64,000 nt of DNA, from the NCBI GenBank assembly GCA_037447605.1, contig CM074804.1, forward strand, positions 992,001 through 1,056,000, written 5' to 3'. Position numbers and translations under genes: made by a program. The notes below the pieces were generated by a model. It was not told the origin of the DNA. It did no database searches and worked only from the letters and a program-made list of their open reading frames with translations. Shown piece after piece: positions 38,606-52,551 of this stretch. Each line of letters opens with the position of its first letter. The stretch's first letter is position 1. This stretch comes from Zygnema circumcarinatum SAG 698-1b. Its lineage: Eukaryota; Plantae; Zygnematophyceae.

Positions 38606-40390
38606 GGACGCAAGAAGGACGAAGAAAACGAAGGAAAGAATTTTTTTTAAAAGGAAAGAGAGACAAGCAACGGAATATGAGGAGAAATATGAGAGGAGGA
38701 CAAGGAGGGGGATGAGATGATGGCGATTGGAGGGAGAACCTTCACAGTCGCAACTCAGGAAGAAGAGTGCGCCGACAGGAAGGTTCTGGAAGTATACGGA
38801 CGCCACCGACGCTTGCCGCGTTTGCAATGCTTTCAACGTCACGGCGCAGCATTGGTTCAAATCTCAATTTTACATCGACTTAGAGCCAAAGGGAATTGGC
38901 ACTGAACTCACGATGGCAAGGCCATCAAATGTACATGGACAAAAGAAGCATGGGGAACCACGAGGGACTGGTCGCAAAGGACCTAAAGTCGCTTAGAGTC
39001 ATTCGTTGCCATTCAAGCACCCATTCACGGCGGATATCTCAAACAAGAGATATAGGTATAGATTTGTTTTCGCTGCAACCTGCATGCGCCGCCGGGCAAT
39101 GCGCGCGGCAGGCTGCCCTTGCGCGCGATTCCGTGTTACTGTGCAGAAAGGCGGACACACGTGTCGGTGTACGAGTAGCCGTACAGCCAATTGGGGTTAA
39201 ATAGGGTGAAATAGGGTTTAGAGCTTGGCTTGGATTTACCTTTTTCTGTTTGCTGTGTGCAATCAGCCCATGTGGAGGCTGAGCGGAGGAGGTGAGAGCT
39301 AGAATAGCTCAGGCTTATTTACTGTGATTAGAGAGAGGGATTTAGAGGATAGTGTAAGGTTGAATACTAGACAGATCATTTGTAATCCTCTTACCTTCGT
39401 AATGGAGTTTTAGGCTACAAAGCTTTCTCCAAAAGATTTGTAGTGAATGTTTGATTCCTTTGCATTATCTTCATTCTGAAATGTCTACTATGTATTTATT
39501 TATCGGAAGCCGAATTGGGAAGTGAAGTCGATGCATGCTTACAACGCAAACAGGCAAAAAACCCACTCTCCCTCTCTCCCCCATAGAGTCCAACCAGTAC
39601 TTCTGCTCCCTATGCGAATCTGAAAAAAACTTTACAAACAGTAACCTTACAAGCCACTTCCCATTTCTATGTGTCAAGTCCCAAAAAACTGTATAGTACA
39701 ACACATATAGTTCTTCATATCTCGCCTTTCCAAGAATGGAAAAAGTGTGCCTCTGTCCAATATAGCTATGGCTTACACGAGCCTCCCATAGACACCATCA
39801 AAAAGAAAGCGAACAATGGACACAGGCAGCCCTAAAAGGAGCAGCCGCAGTACAGCAGAGGCTGGTTATCTGCTCTCAGATCCCTATCGCACTAAAGCTA
39901 CACATTATCCTCTTGTCCCTCTCCTGAGGACAAACATCACCCGGAGCCCCTCAGAAGCTCACTCAGCAAGACTCACAGCTTCGTTGTTCTCCTCCTTGCG
40001 AGTACCTTCCTATACTGCATTCACAATAAACATCAATGGCTGATTGAAGGTCTGCCAGACGACTAAAGAATGACTGAGTCAGTGGAGCCTCCTTCTCGCT
40101 TACAAGCTTTCCATATTGGACCCCTGAGGATTCTCCACAGCCACAATCTGAACGAGATACTCCATTCCACTCCTTCCATATAAGGATGCTGTTTGCCCGA
40201 CAAGGCTGTTCTTGGCCAGCCATCTCGGTTTTATCCCCGCATCTGCATTCAAGACTGAGCTCCACCTATTCTTATTCCTAGAGGTTACCTGTCAAGGCGC
40301 AGACAACTTCTTACAAGTTCCAAGATCTGTTGACCTAAATCCCTTTGTGTCCAGCCTTGAGAGTGCTTGTCGAACCTTTTCTTGTTGAAT

Positions 40391-42009
40391 TTATAGCGTT
40401 CGACACTTCCTGTAGGAGAAATCTTCTTCAGTATTGTCAACTCTAGACACGTAGAAGCATTGAGACCAAGCTCCTTTCTTGTGAATAAGTCCAACCTGAC
40501 ACTCAGCCCATCCCACAAAAGGGAATCTCCTTACAAAGAGAAGGGACATAAATGCGATTTTTTGTTAAGCTTGGCTGCGAGTTACTCTCACTCTAGCACT
40601 TCTGGAGTGTGGTGGCACAATTTTAAGGGGAAATCAGTTTCACTTTGCAAATGTTAATGGAAAAAATTCAAAAGCAGTGAGGGTTTCCAGGGTAACGCAA
40701 GAATCAGCCTATGTTCCGGTCACCCGCAATGAACAAGCTTTTCACTTCCAAGGTTGCTCCTCCTGATTGTTCCCTCCTCTCTACTTTTCATCCCCTCACC
40801 TCCCCTCCCTCTCGCTTCACAATTGATTCCACACCTGCCCCACTCCCCTGTCTCCTGTCATCCATTCCCCCTGTTGTACCTCCCCTTTTGGAAAGTGAAG
40901 TTACCAAATGGTACAACAAGTGTTATGAGGAAGATAGCAATAGGCAAACGGCAATAGATGGGGAAATTCAAAGGTTACTGGGCAAAGGCTACTCTTCAGA
41001 TTGAGGATCTCTGCTCACCTTTATGCCTGCTATTCCTGCCCCAATCTTCTCATGCTTCCGAGGATGAAATGTGAGAATATAATCTTCAACGAACCTTTGG
41101 TCGTCTTTTGATAAAAATTGTCCTGGCTTGTACCTGCACGACACCGGTTGACTTGACAGCACTTAAAGTGGGAATCAAAAAAACAATTTAGGCCTTTCGT
41201 TCAGCAGCCTTTTCAAGACATACAGCCGAACTTGGCAGAAGTGATAGCAACGAAGACGGGGACAGACATCTTCCAACATCATCGCAAGCACACTGCAAGC
41301 CCGAGAAAACAGCAATGCCTATCCACATTGCCGGTCTTTCACCTTGGAAATGAAAGCAGTCAATGTTGCGCTAAAGTTGCTACTTGACAAAAAAAGCATT
41401 TAGGACAACAAATAAATCAGTTACGAGCCTAGAGAAATAAAAAAGCCAAAGAAAAGGTAACCAGCCAGGGAGAACTTTGACGCATTTTAGCCTAGCTTAC
41501 CTTGTGTGGAGAATATATCGGGCCATTGCACGTCGAATTTTGCGGGGATAAAACGCCTTATTTTCCGTCTGCATAGTAAACAAGATTCTTGCTTCAGTAG
41601 ATAGCAGTTTGCAGGAAAATAGCTTTTTTGCTTGTCTATTTGCGTTGTAAGGGTGCATCGACTTCAATTACCAATTCGGCTTCCAGTAGCTCAAAATACT
41701 ACACTGATCTCCAGAATCAATTCCAACTATTTGCAATCACATCCTAATGAGCAGCAGATGCATCGTCACTCTTATCTTCAGCTTTAACAATACCTCCAAA
41801 GACTCGTCAGGGCTGTCTGCGGAAGTATTGGAGGTACTCAAGGCAGGTGCGTCTTGATCAGAATGGCAACACCGCGCTTGGAGGTCCCTCAATTCCAATC
41901 CGAATCTCCAGGAAGCAGGAGATGCTTCAAAGGAGAAGCTGCCAGACAGAGCATTCCTGCACAGTTCGGCAACTTGCCCTGCAGTTCGCCTCACAACTGA
42001 AGCCCTCAT
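40391..42009 (-). CDS. DCL: DCL (DEFECTIVE CHLOROPLASTS AND LEAVES)-like DUF3223 protein with an organellar, probably mitochondrial, presequence; 4 exons, 167 aa as assembled
   Basis: Not shown as one ORF in the track. Exons 42009-41794, 41568-41501, 41133-41019 and 40495-40391 join in frame to give ILHTRYKPGQFLSKDDQRFVEDYILTFHPRKHEKIGAGIAGIKVG...SQCFYVSRVDNTEEDFSYRKC, the DUF3223 signature. N-terminus MRASVVRRTAGQVAELCRN is Arg/Ser/Ala-rich. Confidence 0.82.
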
Positions 42010-42259
42010 GATTGTCACGTTCACTTCTTGGTCGCAGCAGCTCTCAATAGATTTCTGTTATCAGAGCTATTTCTCTGTAAGTTTTTGGGAGCAGTTTCTT
42101 GCAGGAATCGTTTGAAGCCATGCGGACGAATGCGCCGCAGCAGCACCTTTTTTTCCGAACGAGTACTGTATACAACCGTGCCGCCATAAGTAAGTAAAGT
42201 TCTTTTGCTAACATGCATGGCGGAATCTTTCTGAATGGTTCTTAGTGTTCCTAAAGGAG

Positions 42260-44748
<2,489 letters not shown>

Positions 44749-45189
44749 TGGCGGACCTTCGGTGGCTGCATTGGAGGGAGGGAGGGGGAGGGAGGGAGGG
44801 AGGGAGGGAGGGAGTGAGGGAGGGAGGGGGAGAGGGATCGAAGCTGCTGCCTTCTCTTCTGTTCCGCGAGGCGCTTGATGCAGCACTTCTTCTTCTTCTT
44901 CTGCGATGATGCATGATGATGCGATTGATGTCTCCAAGAGAAGCTCGCACTTTGAATGAATGACCTCCTTCCTTCATCAGAGGAGAGCCGTTTGGGACAA
45001 ACATGAGACAAAGCATGTTTTTGTTTTTGCATTGGTCCAAGTTTGAGCTCTCTCTCAGTGAGAAACAGTTGTTCTGCAGACGCCCATTCTCTCCCCGACA
45101 AATAAGGGTTAGTTAGTGGCTGGCTAGTTAGTCAGCTAGTCAGCGGGGCATGCCCCGGCCATGACTCCATGGAGTGTGCCTCTACGGAT

Positions 45190-46810
45190 TTGCACGTGGT
45201 GGCTCTGTCCAACGTGGCATGCCACGTCGGATTGACGTTTTCCGTCGTGAAGAAAAAACGGTCGATTGGACGAATGGGGGAGAGCCACGTGGCAGGTCGC
45301 GCGCGCAGGTCCAGGTTCTCGACGATCAAAAAAGCCCCACCGCCCAAATCCTCCAATCGGTGCTTGCGCTGCGGATGTCGTAATCTGACGTGACAATCTC
45401 TGATTGGCCTGTTTAGATCGTGTTCATCGTCGCAATGCTCTGTTCTTGAAAAATCGTTCGTACAAGAATGAGCTCGGAACGAATACATTTTTTTTCGTAG
45501 AATAGCAGAGCGAAGCCGTACTGTTTTCGAAACGGATCCCGAAGCGAAAGCGCCTACGACTTTTTGAAGATCGCGAAACGCTGAGTGAGTGCGGTGACCT
45601 CAGGATGACGTATTTTTAGGGCTGGCATGGGTCGTCCCATGCAGGCTCTCCTCTTTTTTCAAGTTTGGTTTCCCGTAGAACGACACAGACTGAAATCTAC
45701 ATGGAACGGGGTAGCTTGGCTAATCGTGCTGTAGTCATAGTCCTTTGACTAAGATTGTGCTGGCCCTAGAGTTGGGGCTTGGTTGGCTGTTACCCCAATA
45801 TTTTCCTCGCTGTGTTTGTGGGGATTTGATGAGCATGTGCAGGAGGAGGATGAGTGTGTGAGGATTTGCAGGGCGTCCGTCTTATTCAATGCGCGCACAG
45901 TATGAACAAATTTTGGCTCATAATGTTGTGCATGACGCGATTGCTACGGTGGCACAAAAGGCCGGATTGACGCAAGCCGAGCCGCATTGTACCCCCTCGA
46001 TCCTCGCTACTTTTTATCGACAGCGCATTTTTGTACCCAAGTTTTTCTCTTTTAGTCCTGTGCGCCCAGTTCCTCGTGGTTTCCCATGCCGATGTCGTCC
46101 TTGTCCACTTGATGGCCTCATCCCCATGCGCGAATGCACCATCCTTCATCCATCACGCGCGCATGCATCTTGCCATTCCCGCACTCGCCCGTTACGTCAC
46201 CACATCCCCCTCCCCCCGCGCCCGACAAGCCCTCCCCGCTACGTGGCGGCCCCGCGGCCCCGCCCCCCGCATGCCCCCGTCCCCGCGCACATGGCCCGGC
46301 GGCGCTTTCTCGGCGCTTCCTCCGCCCGCCCGCCGCTCCGCGTTACGATATTTCCCCCGGATCGCTCTCTATGGCGCCGCCGATCTCTTCACGTGGCCTC
46401 GCACGTGCGAGCGGCTGACTCCGCGCGTGCACCCGCGTTCGCTGGCCGTTTCGGATCCCTCTTGCAACGCTTTCAACGGCTCAGATCGCACGATCCGCCA
46501 AACCGCACAGTCGGACGGTGCAGATCTCGTGCCCAACTAACCCCTTTCCTTGTCGGCACATGCTTCCCCCCATCCTGTACGGATACGCTATCCTGTCCGG
46601 CGCACCCACCGCCCGCCACGTGGCGCTGGCCCACCTGACTGCGGATCTTGAAGCGCCCTCTGATTGGCCGCCGGGGGCCGTACGGCCAAATTTGCCGCCC
46701 CGGCTGTCGTCTTGCCCCGCCCGGCCGCCCGCCCTGCCACGTCAGCAGCCGCCCGGGCCCGCGCCTCAAATCCCGTAGCCCGCGGAGAGCCCTCGGGGAT
46801 CACGTCAGCT
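45190..46810. promoter_or_regulatory. Dense ABRE/G-box (ACGT-core) cluster upstream of the TZF gene
   Basis: ACGTGGC at 45212(+), 45221(-), 45284 (palindrome GCCACGTGGC), 46241(+), 46391(+), 46615 (palindrome) and 46736(-). Further CACGTG/TGACGT sites at 45193, 45233, 45386, 45606, 46194, 46402 and 46801. Confidence 0.7.
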
Positions 46811-47018
46811 GCCCGAAAAAGATTTGCCAATAGTACAACCTGCCCGTTTTATCCAATTCCGCGAATCGCGTCCTTTCTGGACACGCTTAAATCAAAGTTT
46901 TAATTTTTCATCTGCCCGTTGCCCGGCCTTCACCCGGGCCCTTTCCGGCGGCCCCCCCCACCTTCCTGCCATTCCTCGGTCTCCCTCTCCCTCCTTCCCT
47001 CCCTCCCTCACGGAAACC

Positions 47019-49193
47019 ATGGCTGCGGAACGAGAGAGCAGCGCCGCCATGGCTGCTCTCTACGGAGAGGCCTTCGAGCTCCCATGGGACCTCCGCTCGC
47101 AGTCTCAGCTCAGGCGCCACCACTCTCTCCCTCCCCCTATCTCTACCTCTCCCTCCGATGACTCTTTCTCCCACCCTTCCTCCCTCCCCTACTCTAATTC
47201 TCCCTCTCCCTTCTCCCCACGCCCTCATCGCAGCCCTCCCACCTCCCCCTGCCCCCCTCCCGCCCCCGCTTCCTCCCTCTACCGTCTCAACCTCTCCCTC
47301 GCCGACTCCTTCCCCCCAGAATCCATGGCTTCCCCTCGCATCTCCGACGTCGGTGGCCTCTTCCGCTTCCTCCCCTCCAACAACGAGCCTGACGAAGAGG
47401 ACCTGACTGCCCTCTCTAACGCGCTTCGCCTCGCTGTCGGGGGAGGCTCTCCTGGAGGAGCTGTGGGAGGAGCTGCGGGAGAGCCCGGCTCCCACCCTCA
47501 CATCCAAGACATGTCCGTCTACTCCTCCGACGAGTTTCGAATTTACGAATTCAAGGTCCGCCGCTGCATGCGGGGCCGCAGCCACGACTGGACTGACTGC
47601 CCCTTCGCTCATCCCGGCGAGAAGGCGCGCCGGAGGGACCCCAGGCGCTACCACTACAGTGGGACCGCCTGCCCCGACTTCAGGAAGGGAGCCTGCCGGA
47701 GAGGTGATGCGTGCGAATATGCTCATGGGGTCTTCGAGTGCTGGCTCCACCCCGCCCGCTACCGCACGCAGCCCTGCAAGGACGGAAGGAACTGTAAGCG
47801 GAGGGTCTGTTTTTTCGCTCACAGTAACGAGCAGTTGCGGCTTTTGCCTGCAGCCGCGGCGGCGCAGAGCTTGGCAGCGCAAGGAGGGGCAGGGGGAGGG
47901 GGAGGACACGTGGCGCAGTGTGGAGGCACGGGGTTGTCGCCCACGTCAACGCTTGCGGCTCCGAACCCGAACGACACTTCTCCCGGGTGCTCGCCTCCCG
48001 CCACGCCGAAAGAATCTCCGCCGGGGTCTCCTCCTCTGCATGAGCGAGCTATGGGGGGAGGGGCAGCTTCTGGAGTGTGGGGAGGAGCGGCTATGGCGGC
48101 GGCAGGACCAGCACCGCAGTCTCTCTCTTCTCCGCGGTTCTTTATGGGGGTTCCTTCTCCGAGGGGAGGGGGGTGGGGATTAGGAGGGTCTGCCCTTCCT
48201 CCTCATCCGAGCAACAGCTTTGTGAATGGGTCTCCGCTCTCTCCCGGAGGTGTGGGAGGGAGCCAGGGGGGTATGGCTCAGGGCCAACTTTTGAGGAGCT
48301 TGAATGGAGCACCAGTTGGGGTTGTAGGCGCTGCTGCGAGCGCGGCTATAAGGCAAAGACAGCTCGAGCGCTTCCACTCTCTTCCAGCACTCGCTATTCC
48401 CGGAGGAGTGGATGGAGGGTCTCTCTCGCTCTCCTCTCCCTATGCAGCGCCTTCTCCCTCCCACCATCGCTTGGCCCTCATGCAAGCAGCTGCAGCTGCT
48501 GTGGCTGCAAGCGCTGGCTGCGGCTCACCTGGAGGATATCCTTGTCCAAGCTCTCCCAATGTGTTCCCTTCCTCTCCCTCTGTTTCCGAGCAGCATCAGG
48601 GAAGCCGAGCGGCGATGATGTCGGATCTTGTGGCGAATCTGCAGGCTCTGGAAGTGCAGCCGGGGGGCCCAAAGCCATGGCAGAACCAAGCGCAAGTTCA
48701 GATGGAGATGGAGGCCCAAGTTCGGGCGCAGATCCTGCAAGCTCAAGCTGTACGAGCACAGTGGCAGGCACAGCAGAGGGAGCAGATGAGAGAGGATTTG
48801 GAAGCGCAGGTGAAGGCGCAGGTTTCTATGCAGCAACAGCAGCAGCAGTTGATGGCGGCGGCGGCGAGTCTTCGGCAACGGAGCGGCGGTTCCATGTGCG
48901 AGGCTGTGGGGAGTAAAGCCTCGGAGCAAGCAGGAGCGGCAGGAGGAGGGGGAAATGGAAGTGAAGGAGATGGAGGGATAGGCAGAGGAAGGGAGTTCAC
49001 AAACGACGCCTTCTTCGAAAGCGCGGATTTTGGAGTGGGCGGGGAAGGGAAGGAGAGTGACCTTTCTTGGGTGAGCGATTTGGTGAAAGATGAGTCCGTA
49101 GGTGCGGGGCCGTACAGCCGCACGTCGGGATCGAGCCGAGCTTCAAATCCGTGGGCAGATGTGGGGCATTGGGTCCCTACAGCGAACGCATAG
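47019..49193 (+). CDS. TZF: Arginine-rich tandem CCCH zinc-finger protein (RR-TZF, non-ankyrin type), single exon, 724 aa
   Basis: [101 protein letters not shown] is the canonical RR-TZF motif. C-terminal [10 protein letters not shown]. The ORF-track start at 46824 is a TTG; the first ATG, in good context (accATGg), is at 47019. Confidence 0.95.
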   Translation: MAAERESSAAMAALYGEAFELPWDLRSQSQLRRHHSLPPPISTSPSDDSFSHPSSLPYSNSPSPFSPRPHRSPPTSPCPPPAPASSLYRLNLSLADSFPPESMASPRISDVGGLFRFLPSNNEPDEEDLTALSNALRLAVGGGSPGGAVGGAAGEPGSHPHIQDMSVYSSDEFRIYEFKVRRCMRGRSHDWTDCPFAHPGEKARRRDPRRYHYSGTACPDFRKGACRRGDACEYAHGVFECWLHPARYRTQPCKDGRNCKRRVCFFAHSNEQLRLLPAAAAAQSLAAQGGAGGGGGHVAQCGGTGLSPTSTLAAPNPNDTSPGCSPPATPKESPPGSPPLHERAMGGGAASGVWGGAAMAAAGPAPQSLSSPRFFMGVPSPRGGGWGLGGSALPPHPSNSFVNGSPLSPGGVGGSQGGMAQGQLLRSLNGAPVGVVGAAASAAIRQRQLERFHSLPALAIPGGVDGGSLSLSSPYAAPSPSHHRLALMQAAAAAVAASAGCGSPGGYPCPSSPNVFPSSPSVSEQHQGSRAAMMSDLVANLQALEVQPGGPKPWQNQAQVQMEMEAQVRAQILQAQAVRAQWQAQQREQMREDLEAQVKAQVSMQQQQQQLMAAAASLRQRSGGSMCEAVGSKASEQAGAAGGGGNGSEGDGGIGRGREFTNDAFFESADFGVGGEGKESDLSWVSDLVKDESVGAGPYSRTSGSSRASNPWADVGHWVPTANA

Positions 49194-50077
49194 AGACAGG
49201 AGCACAAAGAGAGAGAGAAAGAGAGAGCGAGAGAGTGAGAGGAGTGTTCTCTGCGAGATAGGAGGGAGGTGAGGAGGAGACGGTAGGAGCAGCGTATGGT
49301 GGACAACAAACAGAGGAATGGGGCGCGGTTCCAACTGTTTGTCCATTTTTTCCCCATTCTTTCCAGATTTAAACTACGTCAGCGGCCGACCGCCTCTTGG
49401 CAGCATTCGTCGACTTTAGGGCAATTCGTGTAAATTCTTCGCTACCACGGGCAACGGCGTTACCCTTTGTTTGTTGTGTTTTGGTGTCGTTTTTTTTCAT
49501 CCTTTTTTTTTTCCGTTTCTATATAGGGGTTAGGCCATTGCCAGATACCAAATTTTGTCAAAGGGAGCGGGCTTAATTTCTTAGCACTTTGCAAACCAGC
49601 AAGGTACAATTTGTTGCTCTAAGGAGAAAGGGAAGAGGGAAGGGGAGGGCGAGTCCGCAGCGTCTGAAGGTCATTGAGGAGGTTAACTTTGTATGATAGT
49701 GAAGGAGTGATATGCCGAGGTGGGGGTTGAGGCTCCCGCCATGTTCTCGTTCTCGCTTAGCAGCAGGACCTTTAGCGTTTCAGTGGCAGCCATTGCTAAG
49801 TCACACATTCCATTTTAGGAGGCTCGCAGTCTTCTCAGGATCTCTGTCTCGCGTTCAGAATTTGTTGGGGGGATTTTGGGGATGCAAATGAAACCAAAAA
49901 CAAACTTTGCTGTTTTCTTTGGCACGCTTCAGAATGGGAAATTGAGATTTTAGTGAACCTAGGAGGATGGGAATGATGATGGCGATGCCTATGGAGCCTT
50001 GTCTGCATGGTTGGCCTTCTTGCATTTGTGTGAGTGAGGCGAAAAAAAAAAGGAAAAAAAATAACAAAAATGATAAG

Positions 50078-51218
50078 AAGTTTGAACTCGCTATTATTTT
50101 TGACTTGTTCGATGGAGTGTCGTCAGTTGCACCCAAATGCGGAGCTTATCACATGTGAAATGGTGACATTTGGCTCAGTTAGAATTCCCATTCTCTCTCA
50201 TTTTAACTTCTATTTAAAAAAATAATAAAAAATGGAAAAAGTCGACCGAGATGAACTTTGTTATGTGTCTTGGAGCACTCCGAGGGTACTTCACTGTCTC
50301 ACTATAGAACGCAACTTCTTTATTCTTTTCTCGCCGTTACTTTTTTCTCTTATCGAATCTCCATCCTCGTGCAGTGCCACTGTCAAGCTCTTCTGCGCCT
50401 CCTGCGATTGAAACGAACTCGCCATATGGTCCTGCGATTGAAACGAACTCGCCATATGGTCCTGAAGGCTTCACATAGGGTCATTTCAAGCCACGGTGAT
50501 TCGACTATCCGCATCATACATTGGTCGGAAGAAAGATTAGCATCAGCCTTTATCTCCTAATTAAGTATGATGTTTGCAGTTTCCAATTCAACTTTTTGGA
50601 GAGTGGTTCATGAGATGCCCATGTGTAACTAAGCCAGCACAGCCTAAAGAGGTAGCCGCTCACGCTCAGTCCATTAGAGCACATGCAAGCTACATCCACA
50701 CATCCATGTATCCAAATATCCATGTATCCACCCATCCATCCGTTCTATGCACCATCCAATCACCCATCCCATCTAATCTTTCTTTTGACCGAGGTATGAT
50801 GCGGATAGTCGAATCACCGTGGCTTGAAATGACCCTATTTGAAGCCTTTAGGAACATATGGCGAGTTCGTTTCAATCGCAAGAAAGCTTGACACTGGCAA
50901 GGATGGAGATTCGATAAGAGAAAAAACAATGTAACAGCGAGAAAAGAATGAAGAAATTGCGTTCTATGGGTGAGACAGTGAAGTACCCTCGGACTACGCC
51001 CAGACACATGACAAAGCTCATGTCGGTATACTTTTTTCATTTTTTATTATTTTTTTAAAGAGACCCTAAAAAGTTTAAATGAGAGAGAATGGGAATACTA
51101 GCTGAGCCAAATGTCACCATTTCACATGTGATAAGCTCCGCATTTGGGTGCAACTGACGAGCCGTCAGTGCGGCACACTCCATCGAACCAGTCGAAAATA
51201 ATGGACGAGTTCAAACTT
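50078..51218. repeat. Large imperfect inverted repeat: arms ~50078-50540 and ~50773-51218, spacer ~230 bp
   Basis: The left arm is the reverse complement of the right arm along its length (e.g. CGTCAGTTGCACCCAAATGCGGAGCTTATCACATGTGAAATGGTGACATTTGGCTCAG; GGTCATTTCAAGCCACGGTGATTCGACTATCCGCATCATAC). The left arm has a 15-bp deletion and a 30-bp tandem duplication (50401-50460). Confidence 0.95.
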
Positions 51219-52551
51219 GTCATTTCATGGTAGGCAAAGGCCAGATTCAGCTCTTCCTCAATGGCCTGTTTCCACATGAATCTGCTGTACTCAGGCCTTT
51301 GCAGAATTCCAGTGCCCCTTAACATTTCCTCCCAATCAAAACTTCTCCCATCTTTCATTAATCTGCCCCTCTCATCCAAGACACCTCCCTCTTGAAGGGC
51401 ACGATAAACGGTCATAGAGGTCTTTACATCCAGCCTCACTATCCGCTCAGAAAAAAACTCGAGGGTAATCGGAACCTCCAAGCACGGCAACTCCGCAGCT
51501 TGAACGTTGCGTTTTCTCAAAATTCCTACAGCAATTTGCACTCTCTCTGCGGTATCTTCATCTTTTGGCATGTGAAGGAAAAGTGTGGGAGGGTAAGCCT
51601 TGCCGGATTTTAAGGGTGTGGAGTAGGCCTTTGTTATACCACTCGCAATCACAACTGCAAGTGCACTGAAATCCACCAAATGAGCAAGAATAGACACGAA
51701 ATAGCCCCCCGACGAGGCCCCGAGTGCAGCAATTGGCAGACCATTCAGACCATTCATGTTGCGCCACGTCTCAATCGCGTCTGATACTTTGCGGACCTCG
51801 TCAGAGCTTTCAGGGGGCCACAAACTCTGCCAGCAGACGGAAGAGCTGCAAAATAATCCTATACAAAACCGCGTTAGCCAGCAGGTAACATGTGATTGTT
51901 AGCAAGCTTTAGCAAGGAACAGGTCAATCTTTTTCAGTTATACAAGCCTAAAGAATGTCTGGCTTTATTTGCTTACCTATAATAATAAATGCTAATTCCC
52001 TTTACAAACAAAAGAAACCTGTCGAATTATCACAACACTCGCTCTGTCCTACTTTCTCCCTTCATACATTGAATTCAAGATCACCTGGAGAGGGCAAGCA
52101 CTGCGTATCCTCGTTGAAGAGCAGCAATGACCAATGCGCGATCCTCAGGAAGTCCAATACATTCAGGACAATTCGCATTCCTGTCCCAAAAATGCGTTGC
52201 CCGGTGTGTGCATCCATGAGCAAAAAAAACAGCTGCTTTAGGGTTGTCCGGAATCTGCCAGACCGCTTCCGCACCCGCTAGGGTCCCCTTAGTGCTATTC
52301 AATATCACACTTTCTTTCCATAAATCGTCAGATGCTCCCTCGTTACCGAGTTTCAGGGAACTATGTCCGCTTCTGGATGCAGGCATCAATAAATCTCCTA
52401 CCTTCGGATTCATAAGATAAAGGAAGCCCGCAAACGGGAGAAGGAGGATGCAAGTTCCAAGGAACAGAAGACGGGTGTAAAGGAGAGACAATGTAGCCGA
52501 CGACTGGCTGCGCACAGCCATGGCGGAACGCCTGCTGGAGCTCCCGGCCAT
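51122..52551 (-). CDS. Uncharacterised type-II membrane alpha/beta-hydrolase-like protein, 2 exons (52551-52085, 51845-51122), 396 aa
   Basis: N-terminal hydrophobic anchor LLFLGTCILLLPFAGFLYLM; AVFFAHGC...CPECIGLPED; nucleophile-elbow-like ALGASSGG; FLHMPKD; C-terminal HEMT. Exons join in phase (AG|C). Confidence 0.8.

Noticed and set aside
39963-40265. ORF with a faint Copia RNase H-like look (SAIDVYCE)
   Set aside because: The resemblance is too weak, with no supporting domains. It is probably DCL 3' UTR or intergenic DNA.
40285-40518. Copia reverse-transcriptase-like peptide TGSVERYK in a - strand ORF
   Set aside because: The same bases encode the last DCL/DUF3223 exon (EDFSYRKC) in another frame with a proper acceptor. 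No other RT motifs or LTRs are present.
45889-46638. 249-aa + strand ORF upstream of TZF, and other overlapping GC-rich ORFs
   Set aside because: No recognisable domain. The region is better explained as the GC-rich ABRE promoter.
49967-50158. 63-aa ORF ending SSVAPKCGAYHM, identical to the hydrolase C-terminus
   Set aside because: It is the inverted duplicated fragment, not an independent gene; the upstream part is unrelated.
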